Positions 41,328 to 50,908 of a stretch of 64,000 nt of DNA are shown here, in pieces (position 1 is the stretch's first letter; every line of letters begins with the position of its first letter). The notes below the pieces were generated by a model, which made no database searches, was not told the origin of the DNA, and saw nothing but the letters and a program-made list of their open reading frames with translations. The DNA is from Calditrichia bacterium (lineage in GTDB: Bacteria > Calditrichota > Calditrichia > RBG-13-44-9 > J075): NCBI GenBank assembly GCA_965227145.1, contig OZ245730.1, forward strand, positions 3,086,187 to 3,150,186, written 5' to 3'. Position numbers and translations under genes: made by a program.

Positions 41328-41978
41328 TTAAAATCTCATTTCCTTAGCTGGGTTACCAAATACTTTTTTAGGCTTGAGTATGGATTGTGTTACAACTGAT
41401 CCTACCCCAATAAAACAATCGTTGACAATTTTGGTTTCAATGTTAATCGTAGAACTATTACTAATATATACTCTATCTCCGACATTCGATCTGGCACCAA
41501 TAACTACACCAGCACCAAGTAAGCATGAATTACTTATTGTAACATCGTGTCCTAAAATAGAGCCATAGAATATGTTGTTAAAATTACCGATTTTGACGTT
41601 AGACCCAAACAGTACATTCTCATATATTATATTCCCAATACCTATCTCAGAAAAAGTTATATCTGTTTTTGGATGAATAAGATTTGGTAGGTTTGTAATA
41701 TTGTATTCGTTTTTTATGCGTTTTATAATAGATTCATGATGTTGGGTTGATTGAAAAACTGTATTAACAACAGCGCATTTCTTATATTTTGACTTAAGTA
41801 ATTCATCTCCTCCAATGATAGGTACACCAAAGATATCTTTACCTATACATTCTTTATCCTTTTCTAAAAAACCGATAATATTGTAAGTTTTTTTTTGCTC
41901 ATTAATTGCTTTTATCAACTTTATTATATCTGAGTCTCCAGCACCGATAATCACTAAATCTTGCATCATGTCCTTCAA
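41328..41978 (-). CDS. NeuD/PglB-family hexapeptide acyltransferase (sugar N-acyltransferase)
   Basis: 216 aa; N-terminal Rossmann-like VIIGAGDS, then hexapeptide repeats (IGNFNNIFYGSILGHDVTISNSCLLGAGVVIGARSNVGDRVYI). Confidence 0.8.
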   Translation of the reverse strand: MKDMMQDLVIIGAGDSDIIKLIKAINEQKKTYNIIGFLEKDKECIGKDIFGVPIIGGDELLKSKYKKCAVVNTVFQSTQHHESIIKRIKNEYNITNLPNLIHPKTDITFSEIGIGNIIYENVLFGSNVKIGNFNNIFYGSILGHDVTISNSCLLGAGVVIGARSNVGDRVYISNSSTINIETKIVNDCFIGVGSVVTQSILKPKKVFGNPAKEMRF

Positions 41979-42904
41979 TCAGTAAAAAAATCGTTAATTT
42001 TAAACTTATCTGTATTATCTGTAAAAACTAGTATAGTACCATCAGTAGTTTTAACGATGATCCCACCATCACTAAAGACTTCACAAACTGTGCCTGCTTT
42101 ATAAGTAGGGAAGAAATTCTTTTCAAAAGGAATACCTTTAAATACCTTTACAACTTTCCCATTAATATAAGTATGTGCAAGTGGATATGGTTTTTCTAAA
42201 GCACGAATCAAATTATAGATATGTTCAGTATTAAACTTTTGCCAAAGGATTTGCCCATCTTCAATTGACCTTTTTCGGAGATATATAATATTTTCTTTAA
42301 CTTTCTGACTATTAAAAGTTAAAGTGTTGTTAGATATTTCTTGAAACAAATTTTGTATAAATTCTTTTGCAACAATACTGATTTTTTTGTATAAACTAGA
42401 ATTATTATCAAATTTTGATATTTCAATTTTTTTATGGTACACTATTGGACCATTGTCTACTTCAGGCGATACCTTAAACAAATAAAAATTATATTCTTTA
42501 TATCCCCCAGCAATTGACCATATCACAGGTGATCTACCCCTGCCATCAGGTAATTCAAAAGGCGATCCATGAAATCCAAAACAACCTTTTTTAAAAAAAC
42601 TGAGAATGTTGTTTGGTATTAACCTGTTCCATCCAATTACTAATCCTATATCTGGTTCACAGTTCTTAATATAGTCTAAATCACTTTTCGATTTTAGATT
42701 ATATTTGTCTGCAAAAAATATTTCGTCTGTCGGAGCATTAACAATATTCTCATAATACTCACCAAGACCGATTTTATCTGCTTTTTCTTTCGAAATTGTA
42801 ACCAATGTAGATTTATTAAGATACATTAAATCAATATTCAATAAAATATCATATGCAGGCTGATTAACTCCAAAAAAAATCGTATTATAACCTTTATCTT
42901 TCAT
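41975..42904 (-). CDS. Formyltransferase-family protein (sugar N-formyltransferase candidate) with C-terminal extension
   Basis: 309 aa; GFHGSPFELPDGRGRSPVIWSIAGG resembles the formyl_trans_N catalytic loop. Confidence 0.6.
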   Translation of the reverse strand: MKDKGYNTIFFGVNQPAYDILLNIDLMYLNKSTLVTISKEKADKIGLGEYYENIVNAPTDEIFFADKYNLKSKSDLDYIKNCEPDIGLVIGWNRLIPNNILSFFKKGCFGFHGSPFELPDGRGRSPVIWSIAGGYKEYNFYLFKVSPEVDNGPIVYHKKIEISKFDNNSSLYKKISIVAKEFIQNLFQEISNNTLTFNSQKVKENIIYLRKRSIEDGQILWQKFNTEHIYNLIRALEKPYPLAHTYINGKVVKVFKGIPFEKNFFPTYKAGTVCEVFSDGGIIVKTTDGTILVFTDNTDKFKINDFFTD

Positions 42905-43571
42905 ATGATCTTACCAAATTGAATCCTTCTGCGAAATTTAATCCAGATTCCCCACCTCTTACAACTGCTAGAGCTCTTATATATTCCTTACTTCGCGGAT
43001 GAGGTGGTTGTTTCAGTTCTGTTTCATAATATTTAATTAATTCAATTTTATCTTCTATATAATTTTCGATATTAATATAATAATTAAATTTGAAATTTTT
43101 ACTTGCGCTAAATGCAGCGTCTGATGAAGATGGTATTTCATAAGCAAATATAGAATTAATATAAGTCGAATAATATGGCTTTGTCGACATTTCAACAAGT
43201 TCATATGCTATTTTATGTTCATGATTGAAGTCCCAAGGTGAAGGGGTAAAAATAATATTCGGCTGTATTTTATCTAAAACAGATATTAATTTTTCCTGTA
43301 GATTATTTAAAGGGATTGTATCCAATTGGTTATCTTTATAGTCCCATTTTATAACATTACTGATATTAAGCTTACCAGCAACTTGGTTAATAGCATTATC
43401 TCTTGAATTTATCGCATATTCCGACCATTTTGGCTGCCAAATTGAAGTCAAGATCAACCAGTATAGTTCGTTAACCTCTGGATTAGATGCCAGTTTTACT
43501 AAACTACCCCCCATTCCAAAACATTCATCATCAGCATGAGCAGATATTATTAGTATTTTTCGTTTTTTCAA
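42894..43571 (-). CDS. PIG-L/LmbE-family N-acetylglucosaminyl deacetylase
   Basis: 225 aa; LIISAHADDECFGMGG (zinc-binding AHxDDE motif). Confidence 0.85.
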   Translation of the reverse strand: MKKRKILIISAHADDECFGMGGSLVKLASNPEVNELYWLILTSIWQPKWSEYAINSRDNAINQVAGKLNISNVIKWDYKDNQLDTIPLNNLQEKLISVLDKIQPNIIFTPSPWDFNHEHKIAYELVEMSTKPYYSTYINSIFAYEIPSSSDAAFSASKNFKFNYYINIENYIEDKIELIKYYETELKQPPHPRSKEYIRALAVVRGGESGLNFAEGFNLVRSYER

Positions 43572-44698
43572 TTCACTAACCGATTTATTTCATTCGTAAT
43601 AGTATGGATATTTTCCGATGATAATGAACTAAACATCGGTATTGTAAATAAGTTAGAGGAAACATATTCAGTATTTGGAAGTGCAAGGTTTTGATTCTTG
43701 TATATTAAAAAGTTATGCACAGATGGATAATGGACACTCGTTTGTATTCCTTTTTTCGCGAGTTTTGATCTAATTTTATTTCGAATATCAGCATTACCGT
43801 TTTTTAGTATTAATGGAAAAATATAATTTGATGAAAATTCACTATAATGTTCAAATGGGATAATTATATTACTAGTTTTATTAAAGTTTCTAATATATTC
43901 TTTTCTAACTTCTGCTCTTCTATTCAGGTCATTTTGTAATTTATTCAGCTGAACTAGCCCAATTGAAGCTCTGATATCATCTATTCTGTAGTTAAAACCT
44001 AATTCTATAACATCGTAACTGGTTGAGTGTCCTTTCGCCCGCTCATATGAAAGTGATGTCATACCATGGGATCTTAACAATTTCGTTTTTTCAAACAATT
44101 CACTATTATTAGTTACTAACATGCCACCTTCACCGGTTGAGATATTTTTATTTGAAAAGAAACTAAAACATCCGACATCCCCTATTGTCCCTAACTTTCG
44201 TCCTTTATATTCTGAAAGTGGGGCATGGCAAGCATCCTCAATCACTTTAAGTTTATGCTTTTTTGCGATTTCCATTATTCTATCCATATCGCAGGCAAAA
44301 CCACCATAATGCATTACCACAATTGCTTTGGTATTACCAGAAATCTTTCGTTCGATATCTGCCGGGTCAATTGTTAAATCTTCCAAACTGGTTATATCTG
44401 CAAATACTGGTATCGCGTTAACATAACGAATGGCATTTGCAGTTGCCACAAAAGTAAGAGAGGGACAGATCACTTCATCGCCTTCACCGATATCCAGCAA
44501 AAGCATAGCCAGATGCAGTGCAACCGTACAATTTGCCAGTGCAACAGCATGTTTAGCACCAAGCATTATAGCAAACCGCTCTTCAAACTCGGCCGTCTTG
44601 GGACCTGTAGATATCCATTTGGAACGAAGCGTTTCTAATACAGCTTGTTCTTCTGCTTCATCAAAATTTAATTCAAATAGTGGTATTTTATATGACAT
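43568..44698 (-). CDS. DegT/DnrJ/EryC1/StrS-family sugar aminotransferase
   Basis: 376 aa; fold-type I AT pattern, FSFFSNKNISTGEGG PLP-lysine region. Confidence 0.9.
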   Translation of the reverse strand: MSYKIPLFELNFDEAEEQAVLETLRSKWISTGPKTAEFEERFAIMLGAKHAVALANCTVALHLAMLLLDIGEGDEVICPSLTFVATANAIRYVNAIPVFADITSLEDLTIDPADIERKISGNTKAIVVMHYGGFACDMDRIMEIAKKHKLKVIEDACHAPLSEYKGRKLGTIGDVGCFSFFSNKNISTGEGGMLVTNNSELFEKTKLLRSHGMTSLSYERAKGHSTSYDVIELGFNYRIDDIRASIGLVQLNKLQNDLNRRAEVRKEYIRNFNKTSNIIIPFEHYSEFSSNYIFPLILKNGNADIRNKIRSKLAKKGIQTSVHYPSVHNFLIYKNQNLALPNTEYVSSNLFTIPMFSSLSSENIHTITNEINRLVN

Positions 44699-44707
44699 AT
44701 TCGTTTC

Positions 44708-45694
44708 TTAAATATTATAAAGGTCTGATTTATACATTTTCAGATTACTCTTGTCTTTAAACCAATTAATCGTTTCGGTTATTCCGTTTTCCAAAGAAAA
44801 TCGTGGCTTCCAACTTGTATTGTTTAATATTTTCTGATTACATCCAAATAACCGATTCACTTCACTTTTCTCGGGGCGGATTCGAATTTCATCAGTAATA
44901 AAAGATGCTTGAATATTGATTTTATCAATTATCAATTGAGCCAGATCCCCAATAGCAATCTCTGAATTTGTGGCGATATTGATATGTTCTCCGATTAATT
45001 GTACATTTCTGGCAATTTCCAAAAAACCTGAAATAGTATCTTTCACATATACCAAATCACGCGTAGGAGATAAGGCACCCAGTTTTATCTCTTTTTTACC
45101 ATTAAGAAGCTGGGTGATAATTGTTGGTATAACCGCACGTGCGGATTGCCGGGGACCATAGGTATTAAATGGCCTGACAATTGTCACCGGTAAATTAAAA
45201 CTCCGATAATAAGATTCGGCAATGGCATCAGCAGCAATTTTTGTAGCAGAGTACGGCGATTGCGGTTGCTTTGGGTGGTCTTCATCGATCGGAACATATT
45301 GCGCTGTTCCATACACTTCAGAAGTTGATGTAACTAAAATTCTTTTTGTATTAAGTAGTTTTGCAGCTTGTAGAATATTAAGTGTCCCTTTAATATTTGT
45401 ATCGACGTATGAATCCGGTGCAATGTAGCTATATGGTATCCCAATTAATGCAGCAAGATGAAATACTGTATCTACATGTTGCATCGCGGTAAAGACGGCA
45501 TTATTATCCCGTATATCGCCGCTAAAGATTTCTATATTATTTACAATATCTTTTGGAGTATTTTCTAACCATCCCCACGTGTTAAAAGAGTTATAATATA
45601 CAAATGCTTTAACATCATATCCTGCGGTAACCAAAAACTCAGTTAAATGACTACCGATGAAACCATCGGCACCTGTTACTAGAACTTTTTTCAT
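44708..45694 (-). CDS. NAD-dependent nucleotide-sugar epimerase/dehydratase (extended SDR)
   Basis: 328 aa; VTGADGFIGSHL, STSEVYG, YSATK (YxxxK). Confidence 0.85.
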   Translation of the reverse strand: MKKVLVTGADGFIGSHLTEFLVTAGYDVKAFVYYNSFNTWGWLENTPKDIVNNIEIFSGDIRDNNAVFTAMQHVDTVFHLAALIGIPYSYIAPDSYVDTNIKGTLNILQAAKLLNTKRILVTSTSEVYGTAQYVPIDEDHPKQPQSPYSATKIAADAIAESYYRSFNLPVTIVRPFNTYGPRQSARAVIPTIITQLLNGKKEIKLGALSPTRDLVYVKDTISGFLEIARNVQLIGEHINIATNSEIAIGDLAQLIIDKINIQASFITDEIRIRPEKSEVNRLFGCNQKILNNTSWKPRFSLENGITETINWFKDKSNLKMYKSDLYNI

Positions 45695-45699
45695 TAATC

Positions 45700-46398
45700 C
45701 TATATACTGTTAAATAGTTTTTCGTAATCTGAGCGGGCTTTCTCATAGTCTCCCGGTCTTCCAATATCTAACCAGTAGTCTTTAGATTCATATTTTACCA
45801 CCGGTATATTTTTTTTCAGTAAATTTTTGATTAATGTGTCAATACCAAAATATACGTTTTCGGGTATATAATCAAAGACTACTGGTTTCATTATATAAAT
45901 ACCGGCTAAAATATAGGTTATAATATCCGGTTTTTCTTCTACACCTGTTACAAAATCACCATCGAAAAATACATTGCCAAATGCAAACGGTAAAATTTCT
46001 TTTTTAATTACAATATTTAAAGGTGACACATTTTTTAGACTAAAATTATAAAATTTTTCGAAATCAAGCAAGCTTAACACATCGCCATTCATTACAACAA
46101 ATGGTTCAGTTAATTGCTTTTTCAAAAGAGCCAAAGGGCCTACCGTTCCTAGCGGTTTATCTTCTTTACTAATGATTAACTTTACACCAAAGCGGGAACC
46201 GTCGCCAAAGAAATTTTCAATATATTGGGATTTATAATTGGTAGCCAGAAATATTTCATCAAAACCAAACTTCTTAAGCCGCTCGATCTGGATCTCCAAA
46301 ATCGCTTTTTCTCCAATTGGCAATAGTGGCTTTGGAATGACCTCTGTAAATGGCTTAAGTCTTGTGCCCAATCCACCGGCTAATATGACAGCTTTCAT
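45700..46398 (-). CDS. Sugar-1-phosphate nucleotidylyltransferase
   Basis: 232 aa; MKAVILAGGLGTRLKP...PKPLLPIG signature. Confidence 0.85.
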   Translation of the reverse strand: MKAVILAGGLGTRLKPFTEVIPKPLLPIGEKAILEIQIERLKKFGFDEIFLATNYKSQYIENFFGDGSRFGVKLIISKEDKPLGTVGPLALLKKQLTEPFVVMNGDVLSLLDFEKFYNFSLKNVSPLNIVIKKEILPFAFGNVFFDGDFVTGVEEKPDIITYILAGIYIMKPVVFDYIPENVYFGIDTLIKNLLKKNIPVVKYESKDYWLDIGRPGDYEKARSDYEKLFNSI

Positions 46399-46407
46399 AA
46401 TGTTTTC

Positions 46408-47916
46408 CTAAAAAATAATGGCTTTTTTGTATAGCATATAGATATAATACAAACTACCCAAGACCGTTCCGAAAAGCAGATCAACCAGATAGGGCTCATC
46501 AAAAAATTGTCTGAATATAATAACACTAGTAGAAAATAGAAGTATTGGGAGTAAATGTATCCTATAAACCGACTTAAAAAAGTCTTTAAATTTTACACCA
46601 ATAGTTCTTGTTGTTTGGATCATTACAAAACTGATTACGATTAAGGAGGTAATGAGTAAGGCATTAGACGCACCAATTAAACCAAAATACTTGGTTAATA
46701 ACGGAATAAATATCAGGTATGATACAATTGTAATAGCAGAAAAAAAACCTATAAGCCTTGAGATACCCAATCCAAGTAAAACCAGATTCGGAATTGCTGT
46801 AAAACTGCCAACTGTCCCGCTTAAACAGATAATACTCAATATTAACCAGCTTTTATTAGCAAATTCCGCTCCCATCCATAATGTCATAATAGGCTCTGAA
46901 AAAAAAATCACTACGCAAGAAATGGGTAAACTAACAGCAGCAAAAATTAAATTGGATTTAATAAAAGATCGTTTTATTTCTTCAGTTTTTCCCAATGCTG
47001 CCAATCGGCTGGTATAAGGAAAAATGGCATTCGCTGCGGCAGATAATACACCGCCAATTGCACCCAGAAGTTTGGCAGGCACCACATAAAAAGTTACGGC
47101 CGCAGGCCCCAGAAAAAAAGAAATCACAAACCGAACCACATAGGTTGCAAAAATATTTGATATACGGGATAAGAAAAGATACAGAGTAAACGATAGAAAT
47201 TTTTTGATAATAGCTATATTAAAACCCAGACCGAATGTGTATGAAAGTTTATTTCTTTTGAATAATATCGCATATGCGATTAGTTGTGTTACTGCTATTG
47301 AAACATTAACCCAAACTGCCTCTTTAATACCATATCCCATCATCAAAACAACCAATAATAGCAAGTTTAATGTTAGGTTTGATCCCGAATCAATCGTTGT
47401 AACGCCACCATATAATTCCAATCCTTTCATTGCAGCGGAATAGGTTGAGGCAAGCATGCTAAAAAAAAAACCGACGGATGCTATTCTCAGGGCACTAACT
47501 GCATCTTGATAAAAAATATCTGTAACATTCAATAGTGCTATTATATTTTCACTGAATAAAAAAATTGTTGTGCTTAATACTAAGCCGATCATTAACTGTA
47601 TGGTAAAAACCGAATTAACAGCATCATTTAACTGTTCTTTCGAATCTGTTGAGTTGTATTCAGAAACAAATTTGATTAACCCCTGACCCAAACCAAAATC
47701 GAAAATACCATAATACCCAACAATACTGATAATCAGGATATAAATGCCATATTGCTCAAAACCAAAGTTGCTTACAAGAAAAGGCGTGATTACTAACCCG
47801 ACGAGAGAGATAAAAACAAAACCACCTGAACCGAATACAGAATTTCGAAATAACGGATGCTTGAATTTATTTTTTAGCATTGCATAATATTGCAATACTA
47901 CTTCGGTTGTTTTCAT
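46408..47916 (-). CDS. Wzx-type oligosaccharide flippase (MOP superfamily)
   Basis: 502 aa, about 12-14 hydrophobic helices, position in the Wzx/Wzy-type locus. Confidence 0.75.
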   Translation of the reverse strand: MKTTEVVLQYYAMLKNKFKHPLFRNSVFGSGGFVFISLVGLVITPFLVSNFGFEQYGIYILIISIVGYYGIFDFGLGQGLIKFVSEYNSTDSKEQLNDAVNSVFTIQLMIGLVLSTTIFLFSENIIALLNVTDIFYQDAVSALRIASVGFFFSMLASTYSAAMKGLELYGGVTTIDSGSNLTLNLLLLVVLMMGYGIKEAVWVNVSIAVTQLIAYAILFKRNKLSYTFGLGFNIAIIKKFLSFTLYLFLSRISNIFATYVVRFVISFFLGPAAVTFYVVPAKLLGAIGGVLSAAANAIFPYTSRLAALGKTEEIKRSFIKSNLIFAAVSLPISCVVIFFSEPIMTLWMGAEFANKSWLILSIICLSGTVGSFTAIPNLVLLGLGISRLIGFFSAITIVSYLIFIPLLTKYFGLIGASNALLITSLIVISFVMIQTTRTIGVKFKDFFKSVYRIHLLPILLFSTSVIIFRQFFDEPYLVDLLFGTVLGSLYYIYMLYKKAIIF

Positions 47917-47941
47917 TATTATTTACGAAAAAGCTAACTTT

Positions 47942-49486
47942 CTATTTTAATATTCCAGCCGATGGATCTTTATCCATTAATAATGGATTGTATAATATCA
48001 TACCAGTGTAAGGATAATTAACCTGGTCAGAAGGATCATAATCATTTTTATCTATGATCATACTGTTTAAAACTGTTATATCCGTCGTGGCCCACCAATT
48101 GTTTGTTGCATCGATATCCTCACCGTTATCACTCACAATTGTACCCACAATTTGGGTAATCACCTGAGACTTTGTTGAAAGGTTGTTTCTATTGATAACC
48201 GGTTCGCTTTTTGAGTTATATCCCCTGGCTGTTATATAGATCGCCTGAAATTCATTTGACTGAATATTATTGAACGTTATTGAAGGCTTGCATCCGCTAA
48301 CTTCAATGCCGACGGATAAGTTTTTAACAATATCATTGTTTTTGATTATCGCATCACTTTGAAACCAGCAGATAATGCCGTTTGCATTTTTAGTTATCAG
48401 GTTATTGGATATCAATATGTCAGACTGGCTGATACTTATCCCGTCATCATTTGACCCGATAATAATAGAATTTTTAATCTCGTTTGTATTATCCGCATCC
48501 GAAACTTGTAAGCCAACAAAATTTTCATCTAATAGAACTTTATCAATACTGCACTGTGATATATTTTGGGATAAGCTAATGCCTGTACTACTAGCACCTG
48601 TTATAATCGCATTATTAATTTTGTTAGAATTGTTCCGTATACTTATACCTGAGGTCGTCTTACGAAGTGTTATGCCATCTAAAGTATTGTTCGAAGAGTT
48701 AATCAGAATGCCGCGCCAAAAACCGCTATTAGATATATCGTTTGAGAAATGGGAAAACCCTGTTTGGGTTTTGATTACCCTGCCGTTAACCGTCAATCTG
48801 CTATTTAACTTTCCCAGGCACCATACTTTTTCTTCAATAGTCAATGTGGCTCCAGCATCCACAAAAACTTCACCTTCCAACACATAGGATTTACCACTTT
48901 CCCACATTATGTTGCCAGTTAAAATACCGCTTACATTGATTACTTCACTCAAGTCAAAATTCTGGCTACCGCGGCCAACTTCATAACGGTATTGCCAACC
49001 AAACCCATCCTTACTCGCCACCACATTATACTCCCCCTGCGCCACATTCTCAATCTTCCAATTCCCGCCGGCATCGCTAACGGTTGTTACTACCGGGGTA
49101 TGTTCCCGGTGGTCAAACTCGGTTTCCTGGGAAATTTGCACACCAATGTTGGGGTATTGCTCATTTATGCGCACTAGTGCCGTATCCAGTTCTACGGGTT
49201 TGTATAAGGCAAAGGTCACACCGCTGTGGTCGGTTTGCCCTTCCAGGGTTACCTTGCCGGAGAAGGTTACGGTTTCTTCGCCGGGGTCGGTGCCTTTCTT
49301 ACTGCAGGAAGAAGAAAGAAAAAAGAGTAAAGAAAAAAGAAAAAAGATGAAGGACCTTCTAAAGATAAAAGATGGAAGATGAAAGATGGAAGAAAGGTCA
49401 AGAATGGTTCTTGTAATTTTGGGCGTATTGATACAAGAAAATTGTTTTGATAATATATTCTTTTTTGAGGTCATTTTAGTCACCAA
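47942..49486 (-). CDS. Lipoprotein with right-handed parallel beta-helix repeats
   Basis: 514 aa; hydrophobic leader ending LSSSC-SKKG (lipobox-like), then repeated NN-I-x-G-x-S/I-x-N units typical of beta-helix folds. Confidence 0.65.
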   Translation of the reverse strand: MVTKMTSKKNILSKQFSCINTPKITRTILDLSSIFHLPSFIFRRSFIFFLFSLLFFLSSSCSKKGTDPGEETVTFSGKVTLEGQTDHSGVTFALYKPVELDTALVRINEQYPNIGVQISQETEFDHREHTPVVTTVSDAGGNWKIENVAQGEYNVVASKDGFGWQYRYEVGRGSQNFDLSEVINVSGILTGNIMWESGKSYVLEGEVFVDAGATLTIEEKVWCLGKLNSRLTVNGRVIKTQTGFSHFSNDISNSGFWRGILINSSNNTLDGITLRKTTSGISIRNNSNKINNAIITGASSTGISLSQNISQCSIDKVLLDENFVGLQVSDADNTNEIKNSIIIGSNDDGISISQSDILISNNLITKNANGIICWFQSDAIIKNNDIVKNLSVGIEVSGCKPSITFNNIQSNEFQAIYITARGYNSKSEPVINRNNLSTKSQVITQIVGTIVSDNGEDIDATNNWWATTDITVLNSMIIDKNDYDPSDQVNYPYTGMILYNPLLMDKDPSAGILK

Positions 49487-49777
49487 TCGTTATTGGTTAA
49501 TTGCTTTTTTTTTAATCTTAATACTTTAATCTTGTCTTTTCAGGGTCGGTGCCTCTTTTACTGCAGGAAAAAAAAAGAAAAAAGAAAAAAGAAAAAAGAA
49601 AAAAGAAAAAGGAGAAAAACGAGAAAGTGAGAGATGTATTGCTTTTTGAGATTTGTGCATACTTTTGTGTAATATTGATTTTGTTTTCATTTTAACCACC
49701 TAAATTGCATATTTTTTTAAATCGTCCTTTTTCTTCCGTCTTTATTCCTTGTTCTTTCATCTTTTTTCTTTACTCTT

Positions 49778-50200
49778 TTATCTTTGATCTTTCTTCTGGT
49801 CACATTTCGAGACGATTGAACCCAGGATGAGGGCTAATTCTTTTGATTCATTCACCAAGAATCTTCTCTCATCAATATTGCCAATTTCCAATTCATCAAC
49901 AATTCTCAAAAAGTAATTGCTTTCCCTGGCTTCTCTTAGCGCAATTCGCACTTTCTGGACAAATTCACGGTATGTTGATGCCTGAGATTCCTCATAGTTG
50001 GCACCAATTGAAGTCGCTGCTTTTGAAATTTGATACCGAAATACGTCGTATTCTTTCCTGGAAGGGATTGTAAGCAAAAATTTCATGGTTCTGACAGCAA
50101 AGTTGAACAACCGTTTACGCAGGTCCGTTTGATATTTTTGTTCAACTTCCTTGACAATTAAATCAATGTTCCCCGGCACTTCCTGATAATCAATCATCAC
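49778..50200 (-). CDS. Four-helix-bundle protein (23S rRNA intervening-sequence protein family)
   Basis: 140 aa; family-typical SIGANYEESQ and REARESNYFLRI segments. Confidence 0.75.
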   Translation of the reverse strand: MMIDYQEVPGNIDLIVKEVEQKYQTDLRKRLFNFAVRTMKFLLTIPSRKEYDVFRYQISKAATSIGANYEESQASTYREFVQKVRIALREARESNYFLRIVDELEIGNIDERRFLVNESKELALILGSIVSKCDQKKDQR

Positions 50201-50218
50201 AATGGTTTTCGTTATTTG

Positions 50219-50310
50219 TCATTGATCTTTTGTCTTTTGTCTTTGATTTTTTGTCTTTGATCTTTTGTCTTAATGGTCAATGGTCAATGGTCAATGGTTA
50301 ATTAACAATT
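50219..50310. repeat. Simple repeat tract: (TCTTTTG/TCTTTGA)n then (GGTCAAT)x3
   Basis: Direct reading. Confidence 0.8.
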
Positions 50311-50374
50311 GACAATAATCAATTAACAAAATTCATTATTCCATATTCAATAGCCAACGGCGGTTTGCGTAGCT

Positions 50375-50666
50375 GCGGATGGTGGTTCAACTTTTTTCCT
50401 GACCTGCCGCTAAAGTGCGGATGGCGGTTCAACTTTTTTCCTGACCTGCCGCTAAAGTGCGAATAGTGGTTCTAAATGTTTACAACCGGCTTGTCACTAT
50501 GCCGGAAGGGGTTCAACAATATTCCCAACCTGTCGTCACTGTGCGGAAGGCAATGTAACTTTTTGATAGGCCTGTTGTCGTAGTGCAGAAGGGTTTTTAA
50601 AAAGTTTCGGCAGGGTTAAACAGTAGCCGAAGGGCAGGTATATTGTTTAAAAACAGGTTGTTAGGG
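50375..50666. repeat. Degenerating ~42-bp tandem array (2 near-identical plus ~5 decayed units)
   Basis: Units 1-2 GCGGATGGYGGTTCAACTTTTTTCCTGACCTGCCGCTAAAGT; later units keep the GCRGAAGG...TTCAAC...CCTG...GT skeleton. Confidence 0.7.
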
Positions 50667-50692
50667 ATATTCCGGTTTGTTAAGACCGCTGC

Positions 50693-50812
50693 AAGAAACA
50701 TCCCCCTTCGAAGGGGGAAATCTTGTTAGCCCCTCTTTGAAGAGGGGTTGGGGAGATGTAATCTTAAGAGACATCCCCCTTTATCCCCCTTTGAAGGGGG
50801 AAATTTTAAGAA
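50693..50812. repeat. Palindromic element family, ~1.5 units, immediately upstream of ORF 50909..51646
   Basis: AAGAAACATCCCCCTTCGAAGGGGG...CCCCTCTTTGAAGAGGGGTTGGGGAGATG... Confidence 0.85.
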
Positions 50813-50908
50813 AAAACATTTTTTTTCTAAAGTTTTCTGTTCGCATCCGATCACTTAAACATCGATAATTCATTCAATAGTATCTATTCAAACTAAGGAG
50901 AGACGCAT

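Noticed and set aside
49084-49382. Lys/Glu-rich plus-strand ORFs (KKKEKRVKKKEKR)
   Set aside because: Artefact of the purine-rich repeat antisense to the lipoprotein leader region.
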